Source of the DNA: Bacteroidota bacterium | GTDB taxonomy: Bacteria > Bacteroidota > Bacteroidia > Chitinophagales > Saprospiraceae | Direction: 5' to 3' | Length of the DNA stretch: 64,000 bases | Assembly: GCA_039176995.1 (NCBI GenBank) | Contig: JBCDFY010000005.1 | Coordinates: forward strand, 7,696 to 71,695 | Shown: positions 9,314 to 19,157 of the stretch, in pieces | How the letters are laid out: each line of letters starts with the position of its first letter | Position numbering within the stretch: position 1 is the stretch's first letter | Made by a program: the position numbers and the translations under genes | Notes under the pieces: generated by a model | Told to the model about the DNA's origin: nothing | What the model saw: the letters and a program-made list of their open reading frames with translations, nothing else | Databases searched by the model: none

Positions 9314-11749
9314 ATGTCGAATAATGTTGCTGAGCTAGAACTGCCTGAATTGAATATTTCTGAAGACGAATTCATCGAGCAAGTCAAGGAAGATTTTTGG
9401 ATTTGCTGCATTAGTCGCGAAATGAGTTTGTTGGGAAGAAAAGAAGTGTTAACAGGAAAAGCAAAATTTGGCATATTCGGAGATGGAAAAGAAGTGCCAC
9501 AAGTAGCGATGTCCAGAGCCTTCAAAAAAGGCGATTGGCGGTCGGGCTACTATCGCGACCAAACCATGATGTTAGCACTAGGCATCAGTTCCATTGAAGA
9601 TTTGTTCGCTCAACTCTATTCCGATCCTACCAACGATAAATTCAGTAGCGGTCGCCAAATGAACGCTCACTTTGCCACTCCATTCATCAACGACTCCAAC
9701 CAATGGATCAATTTTACTGACCAATATAATGTCTCTTCTGATGTTTCTTGTACTGCAGGACAAATGCCAAGAGCAGTGGGTTTAGCTTTGGCTTCCAAAG
9801 TTTTTCGTGGAAATGAAGATTTAGCAGAATACGATACCTACTCTAAAAACGGAGAAGAAATTTGTTTCTGTACCATAGGAGATGCTAGCACTTCCGAGGG
9901 TGTATTTTGGGAAGCCATTAATGCTGCTGGCGTAATGCAGGTTCCAATGGCAATTTCAGTTTGGGACGATGGCTATGGCATTTCTGTTCCAACAAAATAT
10001 CAAACAACTAAAGGCAGCATTTCTGAAGCACTCAAAGGCTTTGGGAGCAAAAAGCAAGGAGAAGGCATACATATCTACAAAGAAAAAGGTTGGAGCTATC
10101 CTGCTTTGCGAGAGCTATACGAAAATGGTATTGAAAAAATGCGTAAATCGCATAAACCTGCCGTTTTTCACATCACGGAACTGACGCAACCGCAAGGGCA
10201 TTCCACTTCGGGTTCGCACGAGCGATACAAAAGTGCAGAGCGATTGGATTGGGAAGAAAAATTTGATTGCTTGAAGCAGATGGAAAAATGGATGATAGCA
10301 ACGGATATTGCTACCGAAGAGGAGTTAAAAGAGACGCGCAAAAAAGCAAAAAAATATGTCAAAGAATGTAGAAACCGCGCTTGGGAGGCTTACTTAAAAC
10401 CTGTCAAAGAAGCACAAGCAGAAGTGAAAACAATCTTTGAAAGTATTTTGAGCGCAGTCGGAGAGCAAGAAAAAGTGCGTATTCGCCCAATTTATCAAGA
10501 GTTCCAGGGCTTATTAAATCCTGTTTTTGCAGACCTCGTGGAACAAGCTCGAAAAATGCACTTTCAGACTTTAAGTTTGAATAATGAGCATACGCAAGCC
10601 TTAAAAAATTGGCTCAAAAAAGCTGCTCAAAAAGCACACGAAAATTTTCATACTCATTTATACAGCGATTCTCAATATGCCGCTACCAAGATCCAAGAAA
10701 TAGAACCCGTCATTACCAAAGATTCCCCAATTTTAAGTGGCTACCAAATTCTCAATACTTATTTCGATAAATTGCTAGAGCGCGACCCTAGAGTAGTCGC
10801 TTTCGGCGAAGACGTAGGAAACATTGGCGATGTCAATCAAGGTTTTGCAGGTTTGCAAGAAAAACATGGTGAGCATCGCGTTTTTGATACGGGCATCCGC
10901 GAGTGGACAATCATGGGTCAAGCGGTTGGTCTGGCAATGCGAGGTTTACGCCCGATTGCAGAAATTCAATATTTGGATTACTTGATCTATGGACTTGAGC
11001 CGCTGACTGATGATTTGGCGAGTTTGCGCTATCGCTCTGGTGGCATTCAACAAGCTCCAGCGATTATCCGAACGCGTGGACATCGTTTGGAAGGCATTTG
11101 GCACTCAGGTTCCCCAATGGGAATGATGCTCAATTCCTTGCGTGGAATGTATATGCTTGTTCCTAGAAATATGGTACAAGCCGCAGGTTTCTACAACACC
11201 ATGATGCAGTCCGACGATCCTGCCATCATCGTTGAATGTTTGAATGGCTATCGTTTAAAAGAACGACTACCTGATAATATTGGCGAGTACACTATTCCAA
11301 TTGGAAAAGTAGAAACTTTACAAGAAGGAAAAGATGTGACTTTAGTTACTTACGGCTCTTGTGTGAGAGTCGCGCAAGCAGGTATGAAGCTATTGCAACA
11401 GCACGGTATTTCTGTGGAGTTGATTGATGTTCAATCGCTCTTACCCTTTGATTTAGATCATGATATTTTGACATCCCTACAAAAAACAAATCGCATCGTT
11501 TTCTTGGATGAAGATGTACCAGGTGGTGCGACCGCTTACATGATGCAAAAAGTGCTGGAAGAACAAGGCGGCTATCGCTATTTGGATTCTAAACCAGTGA
11601 CGATTACTGCCCACGAACATCGTCCACCTTTCGGTTCAGATGGTGATTACTTCACGAAGCCAGGTGCAGAAGATGTATTTCAATCTGTTTATCGCTTGAT
11701 GCAAGAGGTTGAGCCAGAAAGATTTGGAGGAAGTTTGGAGTTATTTTAG
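9314..11749 (+). CDS. 2-oxoacid dehydrogenase E1 component, fused alpha/beta subunits (TPP-dependent)
   Basis: TPP motif GDASTSEGVFWEAIN in the N-terminal half. The transketolase-like beta half contains FGEDVG..GDVNQG and DTGIRE. ATG at 9314 (MSNNVAELE). Confidence 0.85.
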   Translation: MSNNVAELELPELNISEDEFIEQVKEDFWICCISREMSLLGRKEVLTGKAKFGIFGDGKEVPQVAMSRAFKKGDWRSGYYRDQTMMLALGISSIEDLFAQLYSDPTNDKFSSGRQMNAHFATPFINDSNQWINFTDQYNVSSDVSCTAGQMPRAVGLALASKVFRGNEDLAEYDTYSKNGEEICFCTIGDASTSEGVFWEAINAAGVMQVPMAISVWDDGYGISVPTKYQTTKGSISEALKGFGSKKQGEGIHIYKEKGWSYPALRELYENGIEKMRKSHKPAVFHITELTQPQGHSTSGSHERYKSAERLDWEEKFDCLKQMEKWMIATDIATEEELKETRKKAKKYVKECRNRAWEAYLKPVKEAQAEVKTIFESILSAVGEQEKVRIRPIYQEFQGLLNPVFADLVEQARKMHFQTLSLNNEHTQALKNWLKKAAQKAHENFHTHLYSDSQYAATKIQEIEPVITKDSPILSGYQILNTYFDKLLERDPRVVAFGEDVGNIGDVNQGFAGLQEKHGEHRVFDTGIREWTIMGQAVGLAMRGLRPIAEIQYLDYLIYGLEPLTDDLASLRYRSGGIQQAPAIIRTRGHRLEGIWHSGSPMGMMLNSLRGMYMLVPRNMVQAAGFYNTMMQSDDPAIIVECLNGYRLKERLPDNIGEYTIPIGKVETLQEGKDVTLVTYGSCVRVAQAGMKLLQQHGISVELIDVQSLLPFDLDHDILTSLQKTNRIVFLDEDVPGGATAYMMQKVLEEQGGYRYLDSKPVTITAHEHRPPFGSDGDYFTKPGAEDVFQSVYRLMQEVEPERFGGSLELF

Positions 11750-11800
11750 TGCTAGTTTCTGATAATTTACTTAAACACATATTCACAGAGCGACTTGTTT

Positions 11801-11931
11801 TGGAATTGTATGGACATTGAGTCCATACAATTCCATCAAGGTTTAACAAGGATAAAAAAGCGACATAGATCGCTTTTTTATCCTTGTTGAACCTTGATCA
11901 CTTCATGGCGGTTCGATGCCGCCATGAAGTG
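11801..11931. other. Cluster of three abutting hairpins (B1-B3)
   Basis: B1 11801-11835 has a 15-bp perfect stem. B2 11836-11897 has a 28-bp stem with one G-T pair. B3 11899-11931 has a 13-bp perfect stem. There is essentially no spacer between them. Confidence 0.85.
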
Positions 11932-11990
11932 AAAAAAGCAAAGATCAGAGCTTCTGTTATTTATTATCTGTAACTGTTTACCACATACCT

Positions 11991-12011
11991 CACATAGTTG
12001 GTTTCACATAG
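11991..12011 (-). repeat. Same motif family, shortened inverted partner of copy a
   Basis: The reverse complement reads CTATGTGAAACCAACTATGTG. It forms an inverted pair with 12100-12124. Confidence 0.5.
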
Positions 12012-12099
12012 AAAACATAAGATCGGAAGAGCAGGATTAGGATACTTCAGCTTGTTTCTAGCTAAATCATTCCAGAACTCAAATAAAAACTACTGTGCA

Positions 12100-12124
12100 C
12101 TATGTGAAAATGCTATTGTAACTA
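12100..12124 (+). repeat. 25-bp motif CTATGTGAAA-NN-AACTATTGTGACTA family, copy a
   Basis: CTATGTGAAAATGCTATTGTAACTA, 22/25 against the copy at 44745. Confidence 0.6.
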
Positions 12125-12341
12125 TGTGGTAAATAGATACTATTATCTTATACAAAAGTGCAATTTATGATTCACACAAAGATGCACGAAGATATAAATA
12201 TAGTTACCTATCATTGTTGTCAATAAAACTCAAAATTCCTCAAATTCAACTCCTCCATTCTTCTCCTTCCTCCATCAAAATATCTTAACTTTGTCTGCCC
12301 TCCAATCAACACATCAACAGTTCAACGAATCCATAAACTTC

Positions 12342-15134
12342 ATGGCAGAAAAGAAACTCTTTCTCCTCGACGGACACGCACTGGTCTACCGTGCTCATTT
12401 TGCATTCATCACGCGCCCACTCATCAATTCCAAAGGCGTCAATACCTCCGCCATTACAGGTTTTGTGCGCACACTTTGGGACTTGATTCGCAAGCAACAA
12501 CCTACTCACCTTGCGGTCTCTTTTGATACGCACGTCCCCACTTTTCGTCACGAAATGTACACGCCTTACAAAGCCAATCGCGAAGATCAACCCGAAGATA
12601 TTGGAATTGCATTGCCCTACATCCAAGAGATATTAAAAGCCTTTAAAATTCCAATTGTAACGAAGGATGGCTACGAAGCAGATGATGTAATTGGAACACT
12701 AGCGAAGCAAGCAGAGAAAGAGGATTTTAAGGTGTACATGGTCACGCCCGACAAGGATTTTGCACAATTGGTTTCTCAAAATGTTTTTCTCTACAAACCT
12801 GCGCGCATGGGCAATGATGTTGCTATTTTGGGAGAAGATGAAGTGCTGGCAAAATGGGAAATTGAGCGTGTGGAGCAAGTCATTGATATTTTAGGATTGC
12901 AGGGTGATGCAGTAGATAATATTCCGGGAATTCCAGGCATTGGGAAGAAAACTGCAGTCAAATTGTTAGCAAAATATGGTTCTATGGAAGGTTTGCTGGC
13001 AAATACGCATGAACTAAAAGGCAAACAGAAAGAGAAAGTAGAAGAATTTGCAGCACAAGGTTTGCTATCTAAAAAACTGGCGACGATAGATATTAATGTA
13101 CCGATTCAATTTGATGCAGATATATTCGTCATCGAAGAATTTGATCGGGAGCGCTTGAAAGAGTTGTTTGATGAATTGGAATTTAGAACACTTGCTAAAT
13201 CTATTTTAGGAGAGCAAAAAACGGCTGCTAAAAGCAATAAGGGCGCAGGTACTCAAGGCTCGCTTTTCAATGTAGAAGCGGATGGAAATATAGTAGAAAC
13301 AATCACTATTGCGAATAAAAACATTGAAAATACGCCGCACGAGTATCATTTGGTTGAGACAGAGGAAACGATAGAAAATCTAGTTCAATTATTGGCTGGG
13401 GTAGAGAGTTTTTGCTTCGATACTGAGACCACTGCGGTGGATGCAAATGAAGCAGAATTAGTAGGTTTGGCATTCTCGGTCAAACCTACCGAGTCTTACT
13501 ATGTTCCGATTCCAGCCGATCAAGCAGCAGCTAAAAAAATTGTCACTAAGTTTAAGGAAATTCTTGAAAATGAGCAAATTAGCAAGGTTGGTCAAAATTT
13601 AAAATACGACATTATTGTCTTGAAATGGTATGATGTACAAGTGAAAGGAACACTCTTTGATACCATGTTGGCGCATTATCTGCTAGAGCCAGAGTTGCGC
13701 CACAACCTGAACTATATGTCGGAAAGCTACTTGGATTACAAGGCAGTTTCGATAGAAGAATTGATTGGCAAAAAGGGCAAGAAGCAAGGCAGCATGCGCG
13801 ATGTGGAAGTCGAAAAAGTGAAAGAATACGCAGGAGAAGATACCGATTTGACCTTGCAATTGAAACAGCATTTTGAACCGAAATTGCAAGAAGAAAAAGA
13901 GCTACATTCCCTCTTTGAAACAATGGAAACGCCTTTAGTTTATGTACTTTCTGATTTGGAATACGAAGGCGTTCGATTGGATACGGATTTCTTGAAGGAA
14001 TACTCCGAGGAACTGACGGAAAAGCTGACTAGCGTAGAAAGTAGCATCTACGAGCAAGCAGGTGCAAACTTCAATATCGCCTCACCTAAGCAAGTGGGAG
14101 AGATTCTGTTCGACCAAATGAAAATTCCATATCGCTGGCGAAAAACAAAATCAGGACAGTACTCAACCAATGAGGAAAAACTAACCGAACTTGCCAAAAA
14201 CCATCCAATCGTCAATGACATTTTGCGCTTTCGAGGCTTGGCAAAACTGAAATCTACCTATGTGGACGCGCTTCCAAAATTGATTAATTCCAAGACAGGA
14301 CGCGTTCATAGTTCCTTCAATCAAGCCTTGGTAGCAACTGGACGTTTAAGCTCCAATAATCCCAATTTACAAAACATTCCTATCCGAACGCCAGAAGGTC
14401 GAAAGGTGCGCGAAGCCTTCATTCCAAGAGACGAAGATCATATTTTATTGGCGGCAGATTACTCGCAAATTGAGTTGCGCTTAGTTGCAGAAATTAGTAA
14501 CGACGAAGCGATGTTGGAAGCCTTTCAAAGTGGTCAAGACATTCATCGAGCAACGGCAGCTAGAGTTTATGAAGTACCTTATGATGAAGTGAATTCTGAT
14601 CAAAGACGCGCTGCTAAGACCATCAACTTCGCAATCATTTATGGCGCAGGTGCAACCAATATTTCTAAGCAATTGGACATCAAACGCAGCGAAGCCAGCC
14701 AATTGATTGACCAATATTTCAAGCAGTATCATGGTCTGCGCAAATACATGGATGACTCTGTAAATCTAGCGCGCACCCAAGGTTACGTCACTACCCTACT
14801 CGGTCGCCGCCGCTATTTGCGTGACATCAATAGCAAAAATGGAGTAATCCGTTCTCATGCCGAACGCAACGCCATGAATACGCCCATTCAAGGAACGGCT
14901 GCGGATATGATTAAACTGGCAATGATTAATGTACATCGTGCTTTTAAAGAGCAAAGTATTCAATCCAAAATGATCTTGCAGGTGCACGATGAATTGGTAT
15001 TTGATGTGCTGAGAAGCGAGGCAGAGCAAGTCAAAAACTTGGTGATGGAAGAAATGAAAAATGCACTGCCAAATTTGAAAGTGCCAATTTTGGTGGAAGC
15101 AGGTTTGGGAGAGCATTGGTTGGAGGCGCACTGA
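12342..15134 (+). CDS. polA: DNA polymerase I
   Basis: Three domains: 5'-nuclease (LFLLDGHALVYRAHFAF), 3'-5' exonuclease (FCFDTETT) and polymerase (DYSQIELR, QVHDELVF). ATG at 12342. Confidence 0.95.
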   Translation: MAEKKLFLLDGHALVYRAHFAFITRPLINSKGVNTSAITGFVRTLWDLIRKQQPTHLAVSFDTHVPTFRHEMYTPYKANREDQPEDIGIALPYIQEILKAFKIPIVTKDGYEADDVIGTLAKQAEKEDFKVYMVTPDKDFAQLVSQNVFLYKPARMGNDVAILGEDEVLAKWEIERVEQVIDILGLQGDAVDNIPGIPGIGKKTAVKLLAKYGSMEGLLANTHELKGKQKEKVEEFAAQGLLSKKLATIDINVPIQFDADIFVIEEFDRERLKELFDELEFRTLAKSILGEQKTAAKSNKGAGTQGSLFNVEADGNIVETITIANKNIENTPHEYHLVETEETIENLVQLLAGVESFCFDTETTAVDANEAELVGLAFSVKPTESYYVPIPADQAAAKKIVTKFKEILENEQISKVGQNLKYDIIVLKWYDVQVKGTLFDTMLAHYLLEPELRHNLNYMSESYLDYKAVSIEELIGKKGKKQGSMRDVEVEKVKEYAGEDTDLTLQLKQHFEPKLQEEKELHSLFETMETPLVYVLSDLEYEGVRLDTDFLKEYSEELTEKLTSVESSIYEQAGANFNIASPKQVGEILFDQMKIPYRWRKTKSGQYSTNEEKLTELAKNHPIVNDILRFRGLAKLKSTYVDALPKLINSKTGRVHSSFNQALVATGRLSSNNPNLQNIPIRTPEGRKVREAFIPRDEDHILLAADYSQIELRLVAEISNDEAMLEAFQSGQDIHRATAARVYEVPYDEVNSDQRRAAKTINFAIIYGAGATNISKQLDIKRSEASQLIDQYFKQYHGLRKYMDDSVNLARTQGYVTTLLGRRRYLRDINSKNGVIRSHAERNAMNTPIQGTAADMIKLAMINVHRAFKEQSIQSKMILQVHDELVFDVLRSEAEQVKNLVMEEMKNALPNLKVPILVEAGLGEHWLEAH

Positions 15135-15148
15135 TAAAACTATGAATT

Positions 15149-15189
15149 GTGAATTGTTAACTGTGAATACTTAACAGTTAACAATTCAC
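15149..15189. terminator. Bidirectional hairpin between convergent polA and the LVIVD gene
   Basis: GTGAATTGTTAACTGT-gaatactta-ACAGTTAACAATTCAC, a 16-bp perfect stem. Confidence 0.5.
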
Positions 15190-15198
15190 ACTTAAATC

Positions 15199-17571
15199 CT
15201 ACTGCTTCAACAACTGCTGTGCAGCCTGATATACACCATCTACATTCAAGCGAATCCAATAACTTCCTTTTGGTAGATTGGTCGGCAATTCAACCGTCGT
15301 AATTGTTTGCTGAATTTGCTGCTGATACAACAATCGCGCATTCACATCATAAATTTCAAAGCGTGCATTTTTGAAGTTGACATCTTTAATTTCTAGTTGC
15401 AAATCATCAGAAAATGGATTCGGATAAACAGCGAATATATTTTCTTGAACGATCTGCTCAGTGCTCGTCGGCATTCCTTCGGAGATTTTAAATTGATCGA
15501 TGCCTGCTTCAAGCAAATGTCCTGAATCGGGCAAATCTGTAATTTCAAAGAATATACGCATATCATCGGTCAACTCTATGAAGTCTTTCAACTTAAAACC
15601 AGCAAAACCATTATTTCTCCAGAAACTACCCGAACCTCTATGCTCTCTCATCAGAACCGTATCCACTCCATTCGTAAGTTTTACTTTCAGGGTATCATTT
15701 GCAGCAACATTTCCTCCTCCAATGAATAGCCAATATTGATAAGTCAAGATCGGTTCATTGTAAAGCGTCAAGTCCATTTTTGGAGAAATCAAAATTGTTG
15801 TACCGTCATCTACATCATCAGAACCACCATCACCACCTCCATTTCCAGTTACATAACATTGATTTCCAATATCACCTTCTACATCAAATTGTGGGTTAAT
15901 GAAATTCGGCGGCGTCCCAGTTCCAATCGGTTCGCCAAATTCCCAATTACCTGATATCGCATCTCCCTCTACTTTCCACCCTAAATCTAGAGCAAAGTCA
16001 TCCTCATAGCCGAACTCTAACACAAAAGTCAATTCTTGATCGGAGTCAGCAGCGTAATCTGCTACTTTCTGTTGATAGCCCCAAGCTCCAATGATGATTT
16101 CATAGTCTCCTTCAATTACTTCTTCTACCTCAAATACTCCATCCGAAGAAGCATTGGTCTCGTAGGAAACTTCCTCTCCCAAGATTTGAACCCTTGCTCT
16201 TGAAATAGGATTTTGGCTTTCGTTATCTACAACCAAACCTCTCACAAAAAACTTAGCAGTAGGCTTTAATTCTACATCTAATTCTGTTAGTTCTCCATTC
16301 GTTAAATCTACCTCAATCGTTTTTGGGAAGAAACCAATTTTGGAAAAAGTCACTTCATAAGTACCACTTTCTGCCGTTCCAGTCGCAAAAGCACCTTCCA
16401 AATTGGTCGTTTCTTCCAGTATATTAGGATCATTTATTTCTACTTTTACATCGCTCAATAAAACCGTCGTTCCTTCTTCTCTCACGATTCCCTCCAAGTA
16501 GGCTGCTCTTACATAATCAGGTTGGATAACAAATAAACCATTGCTTCTATCTGACCCTAACACTAAGCCCGAAGGCAAAAATGGATACGCTCCCCAACAA
16601 CCTGAAAATCCACCACCTGGCTGAGGATAAGTATCGTATTGCCCGACTTGAATCATATTGTGTGGACGAGCCGCATCTACAATAACTACGCCATCCGAAT
16701 AGTGAGAAATAACTAAATAGTCATTTAGTACGTGCGCGTTGTGAGGAATGACTCCTGTATTAATGGTTGCCGCTGGTCTAAATTCGTCTAGCTTTTGAAT
16801 GTTATTCAAATCAGAAATATCGTAAGATGCGGTGGGTGCATTTCCACGTTCATCCGTTGTAAAAATTGTTTTACTATCATCGGATAACCAAGCATTGTGC
16901 GTAAAATTGAAAGGCGTATTTTGGGTCGCCATAGTTGTCGCCTCCGCTTTATTAGAGACATCCGCAACGGAGAAAAAACCTGCAAAAATATCAGAGCTAT
17001 ACATCACTTCATCACGTACATAGACATCATGCGAGTAGCGTGGATCAGCTTTACCGACATAAATTGGATTTCCTGGATCAGAGTCCACATCTACGAAAAG
17101 TACGCCACCACCATTCAAATTACAACCCGCCAGATAAGCAGTTCCGAATTCATCAATGTATATATTATGGCAGGTATTGAGCGTCCCTAATTCATCAATT
17201 GTTGGTGCCCAATACTCGTAAGTGATGCTATCGGGAAGTGTATTTAGGTTAATGACTAGCAGCCCATCGCCAGTTTCGTTGATTGCATAAGCATATCCTT
17301 TCCAAGTTTTTATATCCCTCCAACCAGAAGATGGTCCAGGAGCATATCCAGCTTCTCTGGGATTGCTCGGATCTGCTAAGCTAACCACAGAAACGCCATT
17401 TTGTAATCCTACAAAAGCATACTCTGTCCCATCTTCATCTGCCCAACCCCAAACGTCATTGACGCCTTGATTGTAACGAAGATTACCGACTAGTGTAGCA
17501 TTTTGCTCTGCTTGTGCTTGCAGAAAATATGTAATAAACAGGAGGAGAATCGGTAAAAATAATTGTCGCAT
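15199..17571 (-). CDS. Secreted LVIVD-repeat (choice-of-anchor B-like) protein with T9SS C-terminal sorting domain
   Basis: Signal peptide. LVIVD-like repeats (GLLVINL, GVVIVDA, GLFVIQ). CarboxypepD_reg-like segments. The C-terminal tail VYPNPFSDDLQLEI...GSYWIRL is typical of the T9SS type A CTD. Confidence 0.75.
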   Translation of the reverse strand: MRQLFLPILLLFITYFLQAQAEQNATLVGNLRYNQGVNDVWGWADEDGTEYAFVGLQNGVSVVSLADPSNPREAGYAPGPSSGWRDIKTWKGYAYAINETGDGLLVINLNTLPDSITYEYWAPTIDELGTLNTCHNIYIDEFGTAYLAGCNLNGGGVLFVDVDSDPGNPIYVGKADPRYSHDVYVRDEVMYSSDIFAGFFSVADVSNKAEATTMATQNTPFNFTHNAWLSDDSKTIFTTDERGNAPTASYDISDLNNIQKLDEFRPAATINTGVIPHNAHVLNDYLVISHYSDGVVIVDAARPHNMIQVGQYDTYPQPGGGFSGCWGAYPFLPSGLVLGSDRSNGLFVIQPDYVRAAYLEGIVREEGTTVLLSDVKVEINDPNILEETTNLEGAFATGTAESGTYEVTFSKIGFFPKTIEVDLTNGELTELDVELKPTAKFFVRGLVVDNESQNPISRARVQILGEEVSYETNASSDGVFEVEEVIEGDYEIIIGAWGYQQKVADYAADSDQELTFVLEFGYEDDFALDLGWKVEGDAISGNWEFGEPIGTGTPPNFINPQFDVEGDIGNQCYVTGNGGGDGGSDDVDDGTTILISPKMDLTLYNEPILTYQYWLFIGGGNVAANDTLKVKLTNGVDTVLMREHRGSGSFWRNNGFAGFKLKDFIELTDDMRIFFEITDLPDSGHLLEAGIDQFKISEGMPTSTEQIVQENIFAVYPNPFSDDLQLEIKDVNFKNARFEIYDVNARLLYQQQIQQTITTVELPTNLPKGSYWIRLNVDGVYQAAQQLLKQ

Positions 17572-17586
17572 GATTTCTTTTTATGG

Positions 17587-17786
17587 GATGTGAGATTTGG
17601 GATTTTGAGATGTGAGACGAATTTAATAGTGGCTATTCACAAAAGCAAATATCTATTTTTAACTTACTGATAATCAAAGTAAAAAATCAGAAATTCTTAT
17701 TTTGTGAATAAGGTCTAACCAGTTGCTACCTAACTTTAGGTTTTAATTAAACTTGTCTCACATCTCGCATCTAGTAGTCTCACATC
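17587..17786. repeat. 200-bp composite palindrome built from GATGTGAGA modules
   Basis: Three symmetric pairs: GATGTGAGA 17587-95 / TCTCACATC 17778-86; GAGATGTGAGAC 17607-18 / GTCTCACATCTC 17755-66; CTATTCACAAAA 17633-44 / TTTTGTGAATAA 17700-11. Confidence 0.65.
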
Positions 17787-19027
17787 TAAGCTTTAAAATT
17801 TAATATAGTCTTCTCAATAATATCGCAACACTCGTGTAATTGTTCTTCGGTCATCACCAAAGGTGGCGCAAAACGAATGATGTTACCATGGGTAGGCTTA
17901 GCTAGCAAACCGTTCTCGGCTAGTTTTAAGCATATGTTCCAAGCAGTTTCGCTATCTTCTGTATCGTTGATGACAATTGCGTTCAATAATCCTTTGCCAC
18001 GCACTAGCGTTACCAAATTACTTTTCTGTATCAGGTTGTGCATACGCATCCTGAATAGTTTACCCAATTGATCGGCGTTTTCTGCTAGTCGTTCTTCTCT
18101 CACGACTTCTAAAGCCGCCACCGCCACTGCACACGCCAATGGATTGCCACCATAAGTAGAACCATGCTCTCCTGGCTTAATGGTCAGCATGATTTCATCT
18201 CTAGCTAAAACGGCTGAAACTGGAAATACGCCGCCTGAAAGTGCTTTCCCTAGTACCAAAATATCTGGCTTGAATCCTTCGTAGTCGCAAGCTAACAATT
18301 TTCCTGTGCGCGCAATTCCTGTTTGTACTTCATCTGCTATGAAGAGTACATTATTTGCTTGACATAAATCATAAGCCGCTTTTAAATAACCCTCGTCTGG
18401 TACAACCACGCCTGCCTCTCCTTGAATAGGCTCTACCATGAACCCTGCTACATTTGGGTCTTCAAATGCTTTTGCCAAAGCTTCAATATCATTGTAAGGA
18501 ATTAAAACATAACCAGGCATATACGGACCAAATCCCTTAGTACTGCTAGGATCAACAGAAGAAGAAATAGCTGCTAGTGTTCTTCCCCAAAAATTACCAG
18601 TCACAAAGACAATTTTAGCTTGATTTTCTGGTACACCTTTTACTTCGTACGCCCATTTTCGACAAAGTTTCACCGCAGTTTCCCCACCTTCGACACCTGT
18701 ATTCATGGGCAGTACTTTATCATAGCCAAAGAATTCAGTGATGTACTTTTCATAGGGTCCTAATACATCATTATGAAAGGCGCGCGAAGTCAAAGTCAAT
18801 TGCTGCGCTTGTTTATTTAAAGCATTCAAAATTTTAGGATGGCAATGCCCTTGATTCACTGCGGAATAAGCAGACAAAAAATCATAATACTGGTTTCCTT
18901 CTACATCCCAGACATGTACGCCTTCGCCTTTAGCGAGTACTACGGGCAGTGGATGGTAATTATGTGCACCGTAGCGATCTTCCAACTGTATAAGGTCTTG
19001 GGAGTTGAGTGTGGCTGTGTTTGTCAT
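17786..19027 (-). CDS. rocD: Ornithine aminotransferase
   Basis: 413 aa. N-terminus [43 protein letters not shown] and the class III aminotransferase core ([14 protein letters not shown]-Lys region LGKALSGG). Confidence 0.88.
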   Translation of the reverse strand: MTNTATLNSQDLIQLEDRYGAHNYHPLPVVLAKGEGVHVWDVEGNQYYDFLSAYSAVNQGHCHPKILNALNKQAQQLTLTSRAFHNDVLGPYEKYITEFFGYDKVLPMNTGVEGGETAVKLCRKWAYEVKGVPENQAKIVFVTGNFWGRTLAAISSSVDPSSTKGFGPYMPGYVLIPYNDIEALAKAFEDPNVAGFMVEPIQGEAGVVVPDEGYLKAAYDLCQANNVLFIADEVQTGIARTGKLLACDYEGFKPDILVLGKALSGGVFPVSAVLARDEIMLTIKPGEHGSTYGGNPLACAVAVAALEVVREERLAENADQLGKLFRMRMHNLIQKSNLVTLVRGKGLLNAIVINDTEDSETAWNICLKLAENGLLAKPTHGNIIRFAPPLVMTEEQLHECCDIIEKTILNFKA

Positions 19028-19080
19028 AATTTTAATTTTATTTGGTGAGCTAGAGAAGTCAGAAGTGAGACCATTTCATT

Positions 19081-19121
19081 GTCAGAAGTCAGACAGAAAT
19101 CGTGCGAATCTGACTTCTGAC
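19081..19121 (-). terminator. Hairpin downstream of thrS
   Basis: GTCAGAAGTCAGA...TCTGACTTCTGAC, a 13-bp stem. It is nested inside an outer 9-bp pair (19052-60 / 19146-54). Confidence 0.4.
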
Positions 19122-19157
19122 AGCCCGTACGAGCGGTCTGATCTATGACTTCTCGCT

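Noticed and set aside
11899-11931. GGTTCGATGCC inside hairpin B3, resembling a tRNA T-arm (GGTTCGAATCC)
   Set aside because: It is only a 33-nt simple hairpin. No acceptor, D or anticodon arms can be drawn in the surrounding 90 nt.
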